Virus record (IMG/VR): IMGVR_UViG_3300014720_000030
Span: 1 to 64,000 of that record
Source: a virus
Strand: one strand, 5' to 3'
DNA: 64,000 bases
Shown here: positions 1-9,147 of the stretch, piece after piece
How the letters are laid out: every line of letters begins with the position of its first letter
Numbering within the stretch: position 1 is the first letter of the stretch
Notes under the pieces: generated by a model
Seen by the model: only the letters and a program-made list of their open reading frames with translations
Databases searched by the model: none
Told to the model about the DNA's origin: nothing
Program-made: the position numbers and the translations under genes

Positions 1-1
1 A

Positions 2-121
2 GCTTCCGTTTATTTGTGGAATCACCGAGTTAAATAACCTGGCCATTGCTTGATTCAAATTTTCATCACGATCCGTAGTGGCTGAAGCCTGTTCAACTAA
101 AATATTTTTTAATTTTATCAT
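2..121 (-). CDS. 5' part of a hypothetical, probably head-associated protein (MIKLKNILVEQASATT...), running off the window start
   Basis: Manual translation is open to the window edge; AGGA SD and an ATATTTATA box (139-147) upstream; not in the ORF track. Confidence 0.75.
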   Translation of the reverse strand, partial: MIKLKNILVEQASATTDRDENLNQAMARLFNSVIPQINGS

Positions 122-146
122 TTTATTGTCCTATATAATATAAATA

Positions 147-533
147 TCAATTCCATGTAATTTTCTTGAAAAAGATCAAATCAATTACCCGGTATCCTGC
201 ATCATCTGTTAGAATAAAAGAATTTTGATATTTGGTCCAATCCAATCGATATGTTTTGTCTAATACGCCGTTATTAACAACTCGAATAACTTCATTAAGT
301 GCATTGACCGTATATAAAGTATTGGTTTCTTTTTTGCGGTGAATGCTAATTGTATTCTGTCCCCGTTGTGTTCCAGCATCTGCATTGTATGTGCAATACA
401 AATTGTCTGCGGCTTCTGCGTTAGCAAATACAAAGATTCTGTGTTCTGGTATGGTATAGCTTTGTTGTATGTAATCTGATACTATGTTTAAATCTGACTT
501 ATGTGCAAATGTGCAAAGTAATTGTGTTTTCAT
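147..533 (-). CDS. hypothetical protein
   Basis: 128-aa ORF, ATGA-coupled to the upstream gene. Confidence 0.75.
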   Translation of the reverse strand: MKTQLLCTFAHKSDLNIVSDYIQQSYTIPEHRIFVFANAEAADNLYCTYNADAGTQRGQNTISIHRKKETNTLYTVNALNEVIRVVNNGVLDKTYRLDWTKYQNSFILTDDAGYRVIDLIFFKKITWN

Positions 534-1612
534 TCTTCATCAATCCTGCGGTTTTTTGTTACTTTAGTGTTTAATTGGCTACCTAATACAAATAATTTAT
601 TTTGGTGAAAATTTGCGATTGCTGGCGATAATCGATCATTTCGGCACATCAAGAGTGGTAATAATTCTGCAGATGATTCCAAAAATAAAGTTTTGTTAGA
701 TTTGATAATCATACCCCACCAACCTACAGATTCAATTTTATGTGTAACCATTTTATCTACAATATTACAAAATGCATGAATCATAGTATCTAAATTATCA
801 TCCAAATGATAGAATGATTGTAATTTTTTGCTTATGTTTTGTAACATTGGAATATCTGAGTCGTCGCCTAATTTAATAATACGACGAATATCTGTTTCGG
901 TTTTTTCTGTATCTAAAAAAACCAAAACCGAATTAATTTGTTCTCGACCTTTTGATTTGCTAATATCTTGACCAGTTAATAGTTTTGCCATTTCTAAAAA
1001 ACTATTCAACAATTGTACGCCTTCGGTTGGTAATGAACCAAAATCAAATGTAGTTTTTTCATAGTTTTTAAGAGATACTGTATCGGTACCTACTTCGATG
1101 TCAGCTTCAATACCAGTATTGCCAGCAACTGCACCTTTTACCTGGCCACCGTATGCAATTGCAAACCAAAGTTCTGAAAAATCTCCGTTTGGAATTTTAA
1201 TTGTGCTTTCAATAATGTTATATAATTCGCCATATATGCCACGAATAGGAACCGCGCCGGTGGCTAAACGCATTTGGGGTGGACTTGTAATGAGTTGTAT
1301 GAGCTGAGCTGACTCTGGATGATTCATAATCTCATTATACATTCCTTTTAAACCAATGAATTGTTGTTTGTCTACTGCAAAATTTTGTATGATATATTGT
1401 TCAAAAGAAGCTGCATCAGTAATCTGTGTTTGTTCTGTAATTACGTCTTCATGTAATCCTTGAGCTCGATTAACAACACGTTGCGCTTCAAGTGGTGAAA
1501 GGTCTGTCATTTCTAAAATGATATCATACAACATCTTGTAATCTCGAGATTGCGTTGGATATCCTTTTGGTAATCTATAACTCCATTCTGTTAATATTGA
1601 ATCTATAGTCAT
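530..1612 (-). CDS. hypothetical protein, possible PD-(D/E)xK-like nuclease fold and putative internal head protein
   Basis: 360 aa; N-terminal ILTE motif; E...ADIEVGTDTVSLK segment resembles a D-xn-(E/S)xK nuclease motif; late box at 1636-1644. Confidence 0.5.
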   Translation of the reverse strand: MTIDSILTEWSYRLPKGYPTQSRDYKMLYDIILEMTDLSPLEAQRVVNRAQGLHEDVITEQTQITDAASFEQYIIQNFAVDKQQFIGLKGMYNEIMNHPESAQLIQLITSPPQMRLATGAVPIRGIYGELYNIIESTIKIPNGDFSELWFAIAYGGQVKGAVAGNTGIEADIEVGTDTVSLKNYEKTTFDFGSLPTEGVQLLNSFLEMAKLLTGQDISKSKGREQINSVLVFLDTEKTETDIRRIIKLGDDSDIPMLQNISKKLQSFYHLDDNLDTMIHAFCNIVDKMVTHKIESVGWWGMIIKSNKTLFLESSAELLPLLMCRNDRLSPAIANFHQNKLFVLGSQLNTKVTKNRRIDEE

Positions 1613-1652
1613 AATGAGATAGTTTTCATTTTTATTATAAATATAATGTACT

Positions 1653-2297
1653 TTATTTACTTATTTTTTTACAATTATCAAAATGCCATCTATACATATT
1701 TGCTGTATTTTTGCTAGATTTTTTACAATGTGGACATATAACATGTTTTTTAAATAGCCAAGCATTTGACATATTTAATTTTTCTAGTTCTGATTTAGGT
1801 CTTTTATTTTTATTTCGTATTTTTTCTATAGATTCTGCAGAATGAGTCCATGTACCTTTTCGATTTCTTAAAACTTCCTTATGTTGTTCAGATATAATTT
1901 TTCCAGAATGTATAATTTTATTACGTAATGCTACATCTGGTCTAGGCCCTTTTGGTTTTCCTTTTTGCGTTAAACTGCGTTTAATATTAGATTCTATAGA
2001 ATTTTTTCCAGATTTAGATTCTGATGTAGTTAATCTACAATTTAATCCATTTGGTCCTAAAACATTATATAAATCTTGATAATATCGTTCTCGATTATTT
2101 AATTGATTAATATCACATTCTTCTAAAATAATAAATTGATGCTGATCTATACCATATTTATCAATTGATTTTTTTAATCTTGTTTGAAATTTAAAATTAT
2201 TATTTCGTTTATATGAAGTCCATCGTTTTTCAATATTAATTGACTGTCCTATATAAATTTTATTAGATGGCGATATGATTTTATAAATTCCGATCAT
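1653..2297 (-). CDS. free-standing GIY-YIG homing endonuclease with NUMOD3-like repeats and a C-terminal Cys/His motif
   Basis: GIYKI...YIGQS, RW..Y, ERYY, GLN motifs; HSAESIEKIR NUMOD3-like segment; CPHC...RWHFDNC. Confidence 0.92.
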   Translation of the reverse strand: MIGIYKIISPSNKIYIGQSINIEKRWTSYKRNNNFKFQTRLKKSIDKYGIDQHQFIILEECDINQLNNRERYYQDLYNVLGPNGLNCRLTTSESKSGKNSIESNIKRSLTQKGKPKGPRPDVALRNKIIHSGKIISEQHKEVLRNRKGTWTHSAESIEKIRNKNKRPKSELEKLNMSNAWLFKKHVICPHCKKSSKNTANMYRWHFDNCKKISK

Positions 2298-3613
2298 TTT
2301 TTTATCTCTTGAATATTATGGTATGTAATACCATATTTCATTTTTATAGGAAATCCACCTTTTTCTAATAAATATTGCAATTTTGGTATAATTTGTATTT
2401 CTGATAATTCCAAATCTATCAAAATACTGTCATATGTATATAACACTATGCAACTTTCTGTATCTTGTAACAACGCTTGTATTTGTTGCAATTTGCGTAC
2501 GGATACTTCGGTTTCAATGGCCTGTAAATAGTAGTTAAACAATTTAAATGCTGTCATGTTTTGCACTGCATCTTTGCATATACTACGTTTTGTTATGGGC
2601 GTATAAATGCATCCGTTGCGTTTCCATTTATCCCATAATGCATACACAAAATCATTTACTTTGCGAAAAAATGGTATTGATAAAAATTCAGAATCAATGC
2701 CACCATATAACAAACGAAACGTTATGGCTTTGCTTTCTGCCCGTTGTTCTTCTGTTAATGTATCCGTATCGAAATAAAATCTACCTAAATAATCATGTAT
2801 AGAAGATGCGGGCAATTCATATCCAATAGCCGTTGCAATCAATCTAACATGATATGAATCAAAGTCCATTTCAACCAAAGCACCTCGTTCAAATCGACTA
2901 CAAAATGCTGCTCGAGTACCATCTTCTTTGTTCATTGCAGCAAAATTGAATCCACCAAATGCATTACTAGGTCGACCCGTTACGGTATGATAATTATATT
3001 GCGAATATACTCGTTGATTGTGAATCAATTCTGGCATACGAAAATCGTCGGTAACTGCTAACCCTGCAGATTCAATACGTGCAAATACTTGCGGATAGGT
3101 TGCGTTAAACTGCAAATATGATTCCGTTAATTCTGCATTAACACACATTGGCCAAGCATAATGACGAATCTTTTGACACATTGCTAAATGTTGCTACAAT
3201 GGAATGATACTATTAACTGCTGGCAAATTTGTGTGTCGTCGCCAATAAAAACGATGTGCTGCCGTTGGATAATGCGATTCATCGTATGCTTCTGAATATG
3301 TATACCACCACAATGTCTTAACATCCCATACAGACCCATTTCCTCCCGTTTGTAACCATTGCTTCTTGTCATGAACAAAGATATTCTCTAATGCCAAAAA
3401 CTCCGGGACAAGTTCGTTAAAGCCCCTTAGTTGTTCGGAATGACGTAATGGAATTATTCGTTCTATGTCATCTTCAGTATAAACATATACAGCACATAAT
3501 GCGTTTACTGCAACATGTTTTGTGGGACTACAAAATACAGGAACTAGCAAAGTTTTGCGACCTTGAACGAACTTCAATGCGGCGCGTGCATCTTCTATAG
3601 TATCCACAATCAT
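2294..3613 (-). CDS. compact family-A DNA polymerase, interrupted by one in-frame TAG at 3194-3196
   Basis: ORFs 3194..3613 and 2294..3181 are in the same frame (CCA TTG TAG CAA CAT TTA GCA ATG); TVTGRPS, motif A EMDFDSYH, motif B SKAITFRLLYG, motif C YTYDSIL. Confidence 0.8.
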
Positions 3614-3619
3614 ATATGA

Positions 3620-3648
3620 ATAATAAGAAAAAAATCTTAAGAATCCAA
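3620..3648 (-). promoter_or_regulatory. sigma70-like early/middle promoter TTGGAT-N17-TATTAT
   Basis: Exact 17-nt spacer; -10 box ends 6 nt before the polymerase ATG; same motif recurs at four other sites. Confidence 0.7.
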
Positions 3649-4269
3649 GCCGTTGATGTCTACTGGAACTAAATAATCAGTATCTGAATAAAACTCAATT
3701 AAATTATTTAATTTTGTTGCAAGTTCTGGAATTTGTTGATTTGCTACTGATAATTGCTTTTGATTTTTTGAATATACTCCTACAATTTTTATTTGTTTTT
3801 CGTACGTGTCTTCAATTGGACCAGAAATAAACCATAACATTTCAACACCATTGTATAAATTTCTATCAATGTCATTTGATTTCCATAAATTAAATTGTTT
3901 AGAATCAACTTCTAAAATAAGATTTTCGTTGTATTTTTTTAAAAAATATCTACGAAAGAATCCTAATTTATAATCATTTGTTGTAGGCGATATAACCGTA
4001 ATTTCCGGAGTTTGATATGTAACTTGAACATTGGGTTTTAATGTTCTATATATAATGTTTGTACTGTTGGCATCTTCTGATGAAATATATGGTATTAATC
4101 TAATAGAAAGTTTGGGATCATATGATGATTCAGAATATACTTCTCCAGTTGTATATGTATGATATTGTCCAATATATTCAATTGACTGCTCTGTCATCCA
4201 TTCAGAACCAGTTGTAAACAAATTGATTGATATTTCATCAGCTGGATAATATGTTTTAAATCTACTCAT
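3637..4269 (-). CDS. hypothetical protein (baseplate-region gene)
   Basis: 210-aa ORF at the end of the tail/baseplate operon. Confidence 0.65.
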   Translation of the reverse strand: MSRFKTYYPADEISINLFTTGSEWMTEQSIEYIGQYHTYTTGEVYSESSYDPKLSIRLIPYISSEDANSTNIIYRTLKPNVQVTYQTPEITVISPTTNDYKLGFFRRYFLKKYNENLILEVDSKQFNLWKSNDIDRNLYNGVEMLWFISGPIEDTYEKQIKIVGVYSKNQKQLSVANQQIPELATKLNNLIEFYSDTDYLVPVDINGLDS

Positions 4270-4271
4270 AA

Positions 4272-6695
4272 TTATGGAATACTAGGTCTCATTATACATT
4301 TAACGTTAGTGGTCCATTGACCATCTGAAGATACCGTATGAGATACTCCTATAATGCTAAATACCGTATTTATGCGATATTTTTTTGGTAATGCCTCAAA
4401 TGTTAAAACATCGCCATATCGAAAACCGTTAATTCCATCAATCGTAAATTCTACAGTAAATGGAAAAATTGGTGCTGTTATTTGTTGCGATTTTGATATT
4501 GATGGGGTTGGTATTTTAATATAATCAGCCAAAGCTTTGTACAATTTTGTTATGTTTTCTTTTTGATTTGGCCATGACCCATTATCAAGTTTTACATTAA
4601 TTAAATTAGCTATAATTTCATAATGTCGAGTTTGATATAATTTAATTCCTGCATTTACAGCTGCAGCATCATTTGAATTATACATATAATTAATATATGG
4701 TGCAATCTGATTGGTACTAATTTTGTCGCCTGAATTTAAAACATATGATAAGTTTTTTACATTATCTGGTAGTTGAGCTTGAAATCTAAAATTTCGAACT
4801 ACAGATCCAAATTTATGATTTGAAAACATTGGTATCGAATATGGTTCTACTTTTGTTGGTGCTTTTGAATTTGAATTTTTATCAATTATTTGTTGTGATT
4901 TTAAGTAATTTGTATCGATAAAAATTAATATTGTAGGATCTGCTTTTGTAGATACAAGTTTTAAATTAATTGCATCGCCTGTTGCATAAGATATATAACT
5001 AGAAATAGATGATAAAAATTTAGATACTGTATATGTTTTTCTATTTGAATTGCTTAATGTAGATGTAATTGTTTGTATTTCTTTTAAATTAATAAAAATT
5101 CTAGATGTAAATATAACTTTATCGTCAGTTGATGTACTAGCATCATTTAAAGTACCATGAACTCCTGGCCATTCTGCATTTTTTGCACCTGTATTTTTTG
5201 TGGCTTGGACGATATCTTGAAAATATCCTAAGTTGCCGTGCCAATTCATATCATTTTTTTGAGTTGGATTGGATGGTAATAATATAACTTCATTAGGTAC
5301 GCATGAAGTAAGCTCTGGATAATAATTACTAAAACATTGAGTATCATTATGTACAATAGCCTTAAAAGTTTGATTAGTTCCCGTAGAATATTTGTCTATG
5401 GCAGTTTGATTTATAAACTCTAGCAATGCACCCAATGTAATATATCGTTCATATGATGCTGGCTGCGATTTTAATTGTATCCGATCAGGAGGAGTATATG
5501 GTGCTTTTAGGTTTGGTATTGTTAAATATTGTTCATATGTATTGTATAACGGGCCTGCTAAAATAAATTGATCTGTTGCTGCTGCGTTTGGGTTATTTGT
5601 TGTTGTAAATTTTGTTAAAATTTTTACTTCTTCTGGTTTAGCTTGGATGTTATTTTGTTTTATATATTGAGTTATTAATTCATCAACTCTATCATATAAT
5701 GTTTTGTAAAATTCATCACTACCGGTTGTTACCGTAGTGATAGTTTTACCCGTTGCCGGATCCTTTACGGAAGTTGTTGTTGCATTTTGTCCAAAATTTG
5801 GATCAACCGGAGTTGTATTTTTTGTTTCGTTGGTTTTACTGCCAGCACCTGGTAAATACATTGATATATCAGCATATACATTGCTAGTACCAGTTACAGA
5901 TAAATTTGCTTCAACTGAAACATCTTCTCCATATGAAAAATCAAATGATGTAATTAAACCTTCAAATGTAAATACATTCATTCTCCGGATATTTTGTTTT
6001 AAATTTTGTAATTTTTGACCAATATCTGGATATAATTCTTTTAATTTTTCTTCATTTGGCAAAACGTCTTCAGACAATAATAATTCTCGACCTTGTGCAT
6101 CTTTTGAAACAATTGATGAATTTGGATATGCAATTTCAATTTGAATAAATCTTCCTGGACGAAACCATGTATTTTCTACTGCATCTAAATCTTGAGATGG
6201 GTTTGGCACTGAAAATTGTACTGTAGCTTTATTTAACAATCCCATAGAATGATCGCCAATTTGAACATCTACGTTGGTTATATAAGGACCAATTCTTCTA
6301 GATCGATCTGTTGTTGTAATTGTTTTATCATATGCTTCTCCTATTTGCGGATTTAAATTAGCTTGTCGCGCTGCTGCTAAATCGTTTTCAGTTCCTGGAT
6401 TTCCGTAGAAATCTACTCTAGATGAGGTTATAATTCTATTGGATAAAAATCCTTGATCGCCGCTGGGTAAATATTGTGAAGATCTAGGTATGTTTCCTCC
6501 AAGTACTCCGAATTGAGTTGAAGATATTGGTTTTGATGCAGATCCGGTACCTTCGTATGCAGTAATTTTTACATTAGCAATTTTGCCTAACATAAAATTT
6601 AATGCATTATTAGTTCTGTCAGCAAATCCAGATCGCCCGCGAGCGTTTAATTCGGTTTGTAAATTTATATCAACATTGTCATAAAATATATTCAT
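4272..6695 (-). CDS. putative baseplate hub protein (gp27/gpD-like)
   Basis: 807 aa; position after the LysM-like gene; C-terminal FTIDGINGFRYGD...FSIIGVSHTVSSDGQWTT typical of hub proteins. Confidence 0.6.
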   Translation of the reverse strand: MNIFYDNVDINLQTELNARGRSGFADRTNNALNFMLGKIANVKITAYEGTGSASKPISSTQFGVLGGNIPRSSQYLPSGDQGFLSNRIITSSRVDFYGNPGTENDLAAARQANLNPQIGEAYDKTITTTDRSRRIGPYITNVDVQIGDHSMGLLNKATVQFSVPNPSQDLDAVENTWFRPGRFIQIEIAYPNSSIVSKDAQGRELLLSEDVLPNEEKLKELYPDIGQKLQNLKQNIRRMNVFTFEGLITSFDFSYGEDVSVEANLSVTGTSNVYADISMYLPGAGSKTNETKNTTPVDPNFGQNATTTSVKDPATGKTITTVTTGSDEFYKTLYDRVDELITQYIKQNNIQAKPEEVKILTKFTTTNNPNAAATDQFILAGPLYNTYEQYLTIPNLKAPYTPPDRIQLKSQPASYERYITLGALLEFINQTAIDKYSTGTNQTFKAIVHNDTQCFSNYYPELTSCVPNEVILLPSNPTQKNDMNWHGNLGYFQDIVQATKNTGAKNAEWPGVHGTLNDASTSTDDKVIFTSRIFINLKEIQTITSTLSNSNRKTYTVSKFLSSISSYISYATGDAINLKLVSTKADPTILIFIDTNYLKSQQIIDKNSNSKAPTKVEPYSIPMFSNHKFGSVVRNFRFQAQLPDNVKNLSYVLNSGDKISTNQIAPYINYMYNSNDAAAVNAGIKLYQTRHYEIIANLINVKLDNGSWPNQKENITKLYKALADYIKIPTPSISKSQQITAPIFPFTVEFTIDGINGFRYGDVLTFEALPKKYRINTVFSIIGVSHTVSSDGQWTTNVKCIMRPSIP

Positions 6696-6991
6696 CTGGT
6701 AACATTTATAGAATTAATTAATTGTTGTATATCGCTTTGAGATGGAATTCTTAAAATAACACCAGTACCTACCATCCAAGATCCTTTGCCAATATTGTTT
6801 GCAGCTGCTATAATATACCATAACGTAGAATCGTTATAATATGATAATGCAATTCTATCTAAACGATCGGGAGATGTTATTTGTATGTATACATCGTTTT
6901 TTGATATTGGTATTTTTGGTAGTATGGTTGTTGACAAATAACGTTTTGCATTATCATCAATTAATATTCGAGATGTTGTATATCTACTCAT
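6692..6991 (-). CDS. LysM-like / tail protein X (gp53-like) baseplate protein
   Basis: DRLDRIALSYYNDSTLWYIIAAAN...LRIP motif. Confidence 0.8.
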   Translation of the reverse strand: MSRYTTSRILIDDNAKRYLSTTILPKIPISKNDVYIQITSPDRLDRIALSYYNDSTLWYIIAAANNIGKGSWMVGTGVILRIPSQSDIQQLINSINVTR

Positions 6992-6994
6992 GGT

Positions 6995-9145
6995 TTATTC
7001 TCCAATTGGGGGGTCTGAATCTACATTTTGAGGCGAATATCCGCCAGGTGTATTTGGATCTCCGCCGATTGCAATTTTTTCTACTTCTGGAACATTTCCT
7101 TTAAAGTCACTTAACCAATTATTATTTCCTTGTTGAGGACGAGCTTGTTTATCAAATTCTTTAGCTAATGTGAAGAATCTTCCATTTTGTTCAGGTAAAT
7201 AATCCATTACTAGATTAAATTGACAAGTAACTCCAATTTTTAAAGGAACTTGCATCATGTGCGGATCATCTTCTATGTTAATTTCCCATGGAGCATCTAC
7301 TGCATATGTATATCCCAATGATGTTAATACTGCAGGTTGTTGTACAAATAAATCTCCAACCGTTAATCGCATCCATGGTGCTATCATTATATATGAACTA
7401 GCATCATATGTTGGAGCGGTATATCCGGCCAATGCATTTAGTTTTCTGTATATAGGTTTAACTTCATCTCGATCTGTTGCATATACATCAAAACTTATAC
7501 TTAAATCTCGACTATATCCGGTATAATGATAATTAGGATCGGCTCGTCCAATCATATTAATTGGAGTCCAATTGGCTGAAAATGAATCGTCTAGATTTGT
7601 AATTGCTGCGCGAAATACAATTATATTATCTTTATCGGTTTTTGAATCAGGGTTTCCGTTAAATAACGAAGGACCAGTAAAATAAAATTTTATAAAATCT
7701 TGTGTAACTCCTAATTTATTTAATTGTTGCGTAAGCCACGAATCATCTTTAAAAAATTTTGGTTTCCAATCGTATGCAAAACGAAGAGGGCTTGATTTAA
7801 AATCTACAACATTAACTTTATCACCACGAAATGGAGTTGCTAATGATAAAGGATTTCTAGTTGCTAAAAACTCTTTATCTGTTGAACTCCATTTTGTTGC
7901 AACATGACTTGTTTGCGTAAAATCTGCTCGATATGCATATGGATTATCATGATCTCCCCAACCATATCCGGTAAGTCCCATTCCATCTAAATTAAATACG
8001 CTATATGCACCCGCAGGACTTATTGATGCTGCAAGATAGGCACCCGCTTTCCATGAACCATGTGTTAATGCACTAGTACCATCTAAACGACGTTTTGTTA
8101 AATAGGCTACTGTTTGATTTGGTGTATTAAAATAATTTTCTGTTTGTCCTAAGTCATCAGCAGCTTGTTTATTTGCATCATCCGCTGATTTTTGTTGACT
8201 AAAATTATTTCCTGGAAATGAAAATCTACTACGAAAGTCTGCTGCTTTTACTCCAGGAAATCTTTTTAATCGATTGAAAGGTAATGTAACATATGCTGCC
8301 GGCTTTACTCCGTCAGCTTGATCTAAAAATGAATTTCCAATTTGGGCTATTTGAGGTACTCCGGTAAACGATGCACCTATACTAATTCCAGTTCCGATTG
8401 CTTGATTAGTAGCAGTATTAGGTGTTATATTTGTATTGTTATTTAATCCAATTAACAATTTTGCATTTTGTATTAATTTAGTTTCAGTTGCTGATCCTGT
8501 TATATCAAATGTAGCTGATTTATTGATTAAACTTTTACCAGTTGAATCTTGTGTTGGATTAAATGCTGGATTATTAGTTATTTTTGATTCTTGCGTAGTT
8601 GCAATATCAAATGGCTGTGTTGTATTAAGTTGGTTTACTGTAGGATTTAATATTGTATTTTCTTGCGTAGTTGCAATATCGAATGGCTGATTTGGATTGA
8701 TTTGCCCTAATGTTGGATTTGGATTTGGTGTATCTGTTTCTAATTCAAACGGAAAAAGTGATAGCGGCAAACTTGGTGTTGGTATTTGACCTATCGTAGG
8801 ATTAGTAATTACAGTTTCAGTTTCAGTTAAAATATCAAATGGGGTAACAAATTGACCTAGTGCATAATCCGTAGGATTTTGAAATCCTAGTAATTGAATT
8901 GCTATTTTAAATTCTTGGTTTGTAGCAATATCAAATGGCTGATTTGAATTGACTTGTCCTAATGTTGGGTTAGTAATTACAGTTTCAGTTTCAGTTAAAA
9001 TATTAAATGGTTGATTTGGATTGATTTGCCCTAATGTTGGGTTGTAAATTACAGTTTCAGTTTCAGTTAAAATATTATATGGTGTAACAAACTGCGATAA
9101 TGCTGCTACGGTAGGATTGGTTAATATTATGTTGTTATTTGGCAT
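6995..9145 (-). CDS. putative tail-tube initiator/baseplate protein (gp48/gp54-like C-terminus) with N-terminal repeats
   Basis: C-terminal FRAAITNLDDSFSANW...GRADP..YTGYSRDLSISF...PWMRLTVGD; lies between tape measure and LysM-like genes. Confidence 0.6.
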   Translation of the reverse strand: MPNNNIILTNPTVAALSQFVTPYNILTETETVIYNPTLGQINPNQPFNILTETETVITNPTLGQVNSNQPFDIATNQEFKIAIQLLGFQNPTDYALGQFVTPFDILTETETVITNPTIGQIPTPSLPLSLFPFELETDTPNPNPTLGQINPNQPFDIATTQENTILNPTVNQLNTTQPFDIATTQESKITNNPAFNPTQDSTGKSLINKSATFDITGSATETKLIQNAKLLIGLNNNTNITPNTATNQAIGTGISIGASFTGVPQIAQIGNSFLDQADGVKPAAYVTLPFNRLKRFPGVKAADFRSRFSFPGNNFSQQKSADDANKQAADDLGQTENYFNTPNQTVAYLTKRRLDGTSALTHGSWKAGAYLAASISPAGAYSVFNLDGMGLTGYGWGDHDNPYAYRADFTQTSHVATKWSSTDKEFLATRNPLSLATPFRGDKVNVVDFKSSPLRFAYDWKPKFFKDDSWLTQQLNKLGVTQDFIKFYFTGPSLFNGNPDSKTDKDNIIVFRAAITNLDDSFSANWTPINMIGRADPNYHYTGYSRDLSISFDVYATDRDEVKPIYRKLNALAGYTAPTYDASSYIMIAPWMRLTVGDLFVQQPAVLTSLGYTYAVDAPWEINIEDDPHMMQVPLKIGVTCQFNLVMDYLPEQNGRFFTLAKEFDKQARPQQGNNNWLSDFKGNVPEVEKIAIGGDPNTPGGYSPQNVDSDPPIGE
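8575..9115 (-). repeat. imperfect intragenic repeats (NPTLGQINPNQPF / ILTETETVITNPT / PFDIATTQE)
   Basis: gtaattacagtttcagtttcagttaaaata recurs near 8805, 8973 and 9045; gcaatatc(a/g)aatggctg recurs near 8601, 8673 and 8925. Confidence 0.85.
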
Positions 9146-9147
9146 CG

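Noticed and set aside
1653-2297. Group I intron around the GIY-YIG gene
   Set aside because: The endonuclease abuts both neighbours, leaving no room for an intron core
3184-3378. 64-aa minus-strand ORF as a frameshift partner for the polymerase
   Set aside because: Not needed: the two polymerase halves are already in the same frame, separated only by TAG
8575-9115. CRISPR array or DGR template/variable repeat
   Set aside because: The repeats are in-frame coding modules without unique regular spacers; no cas or reverse transcriptase gene; differences are not adenine-specific
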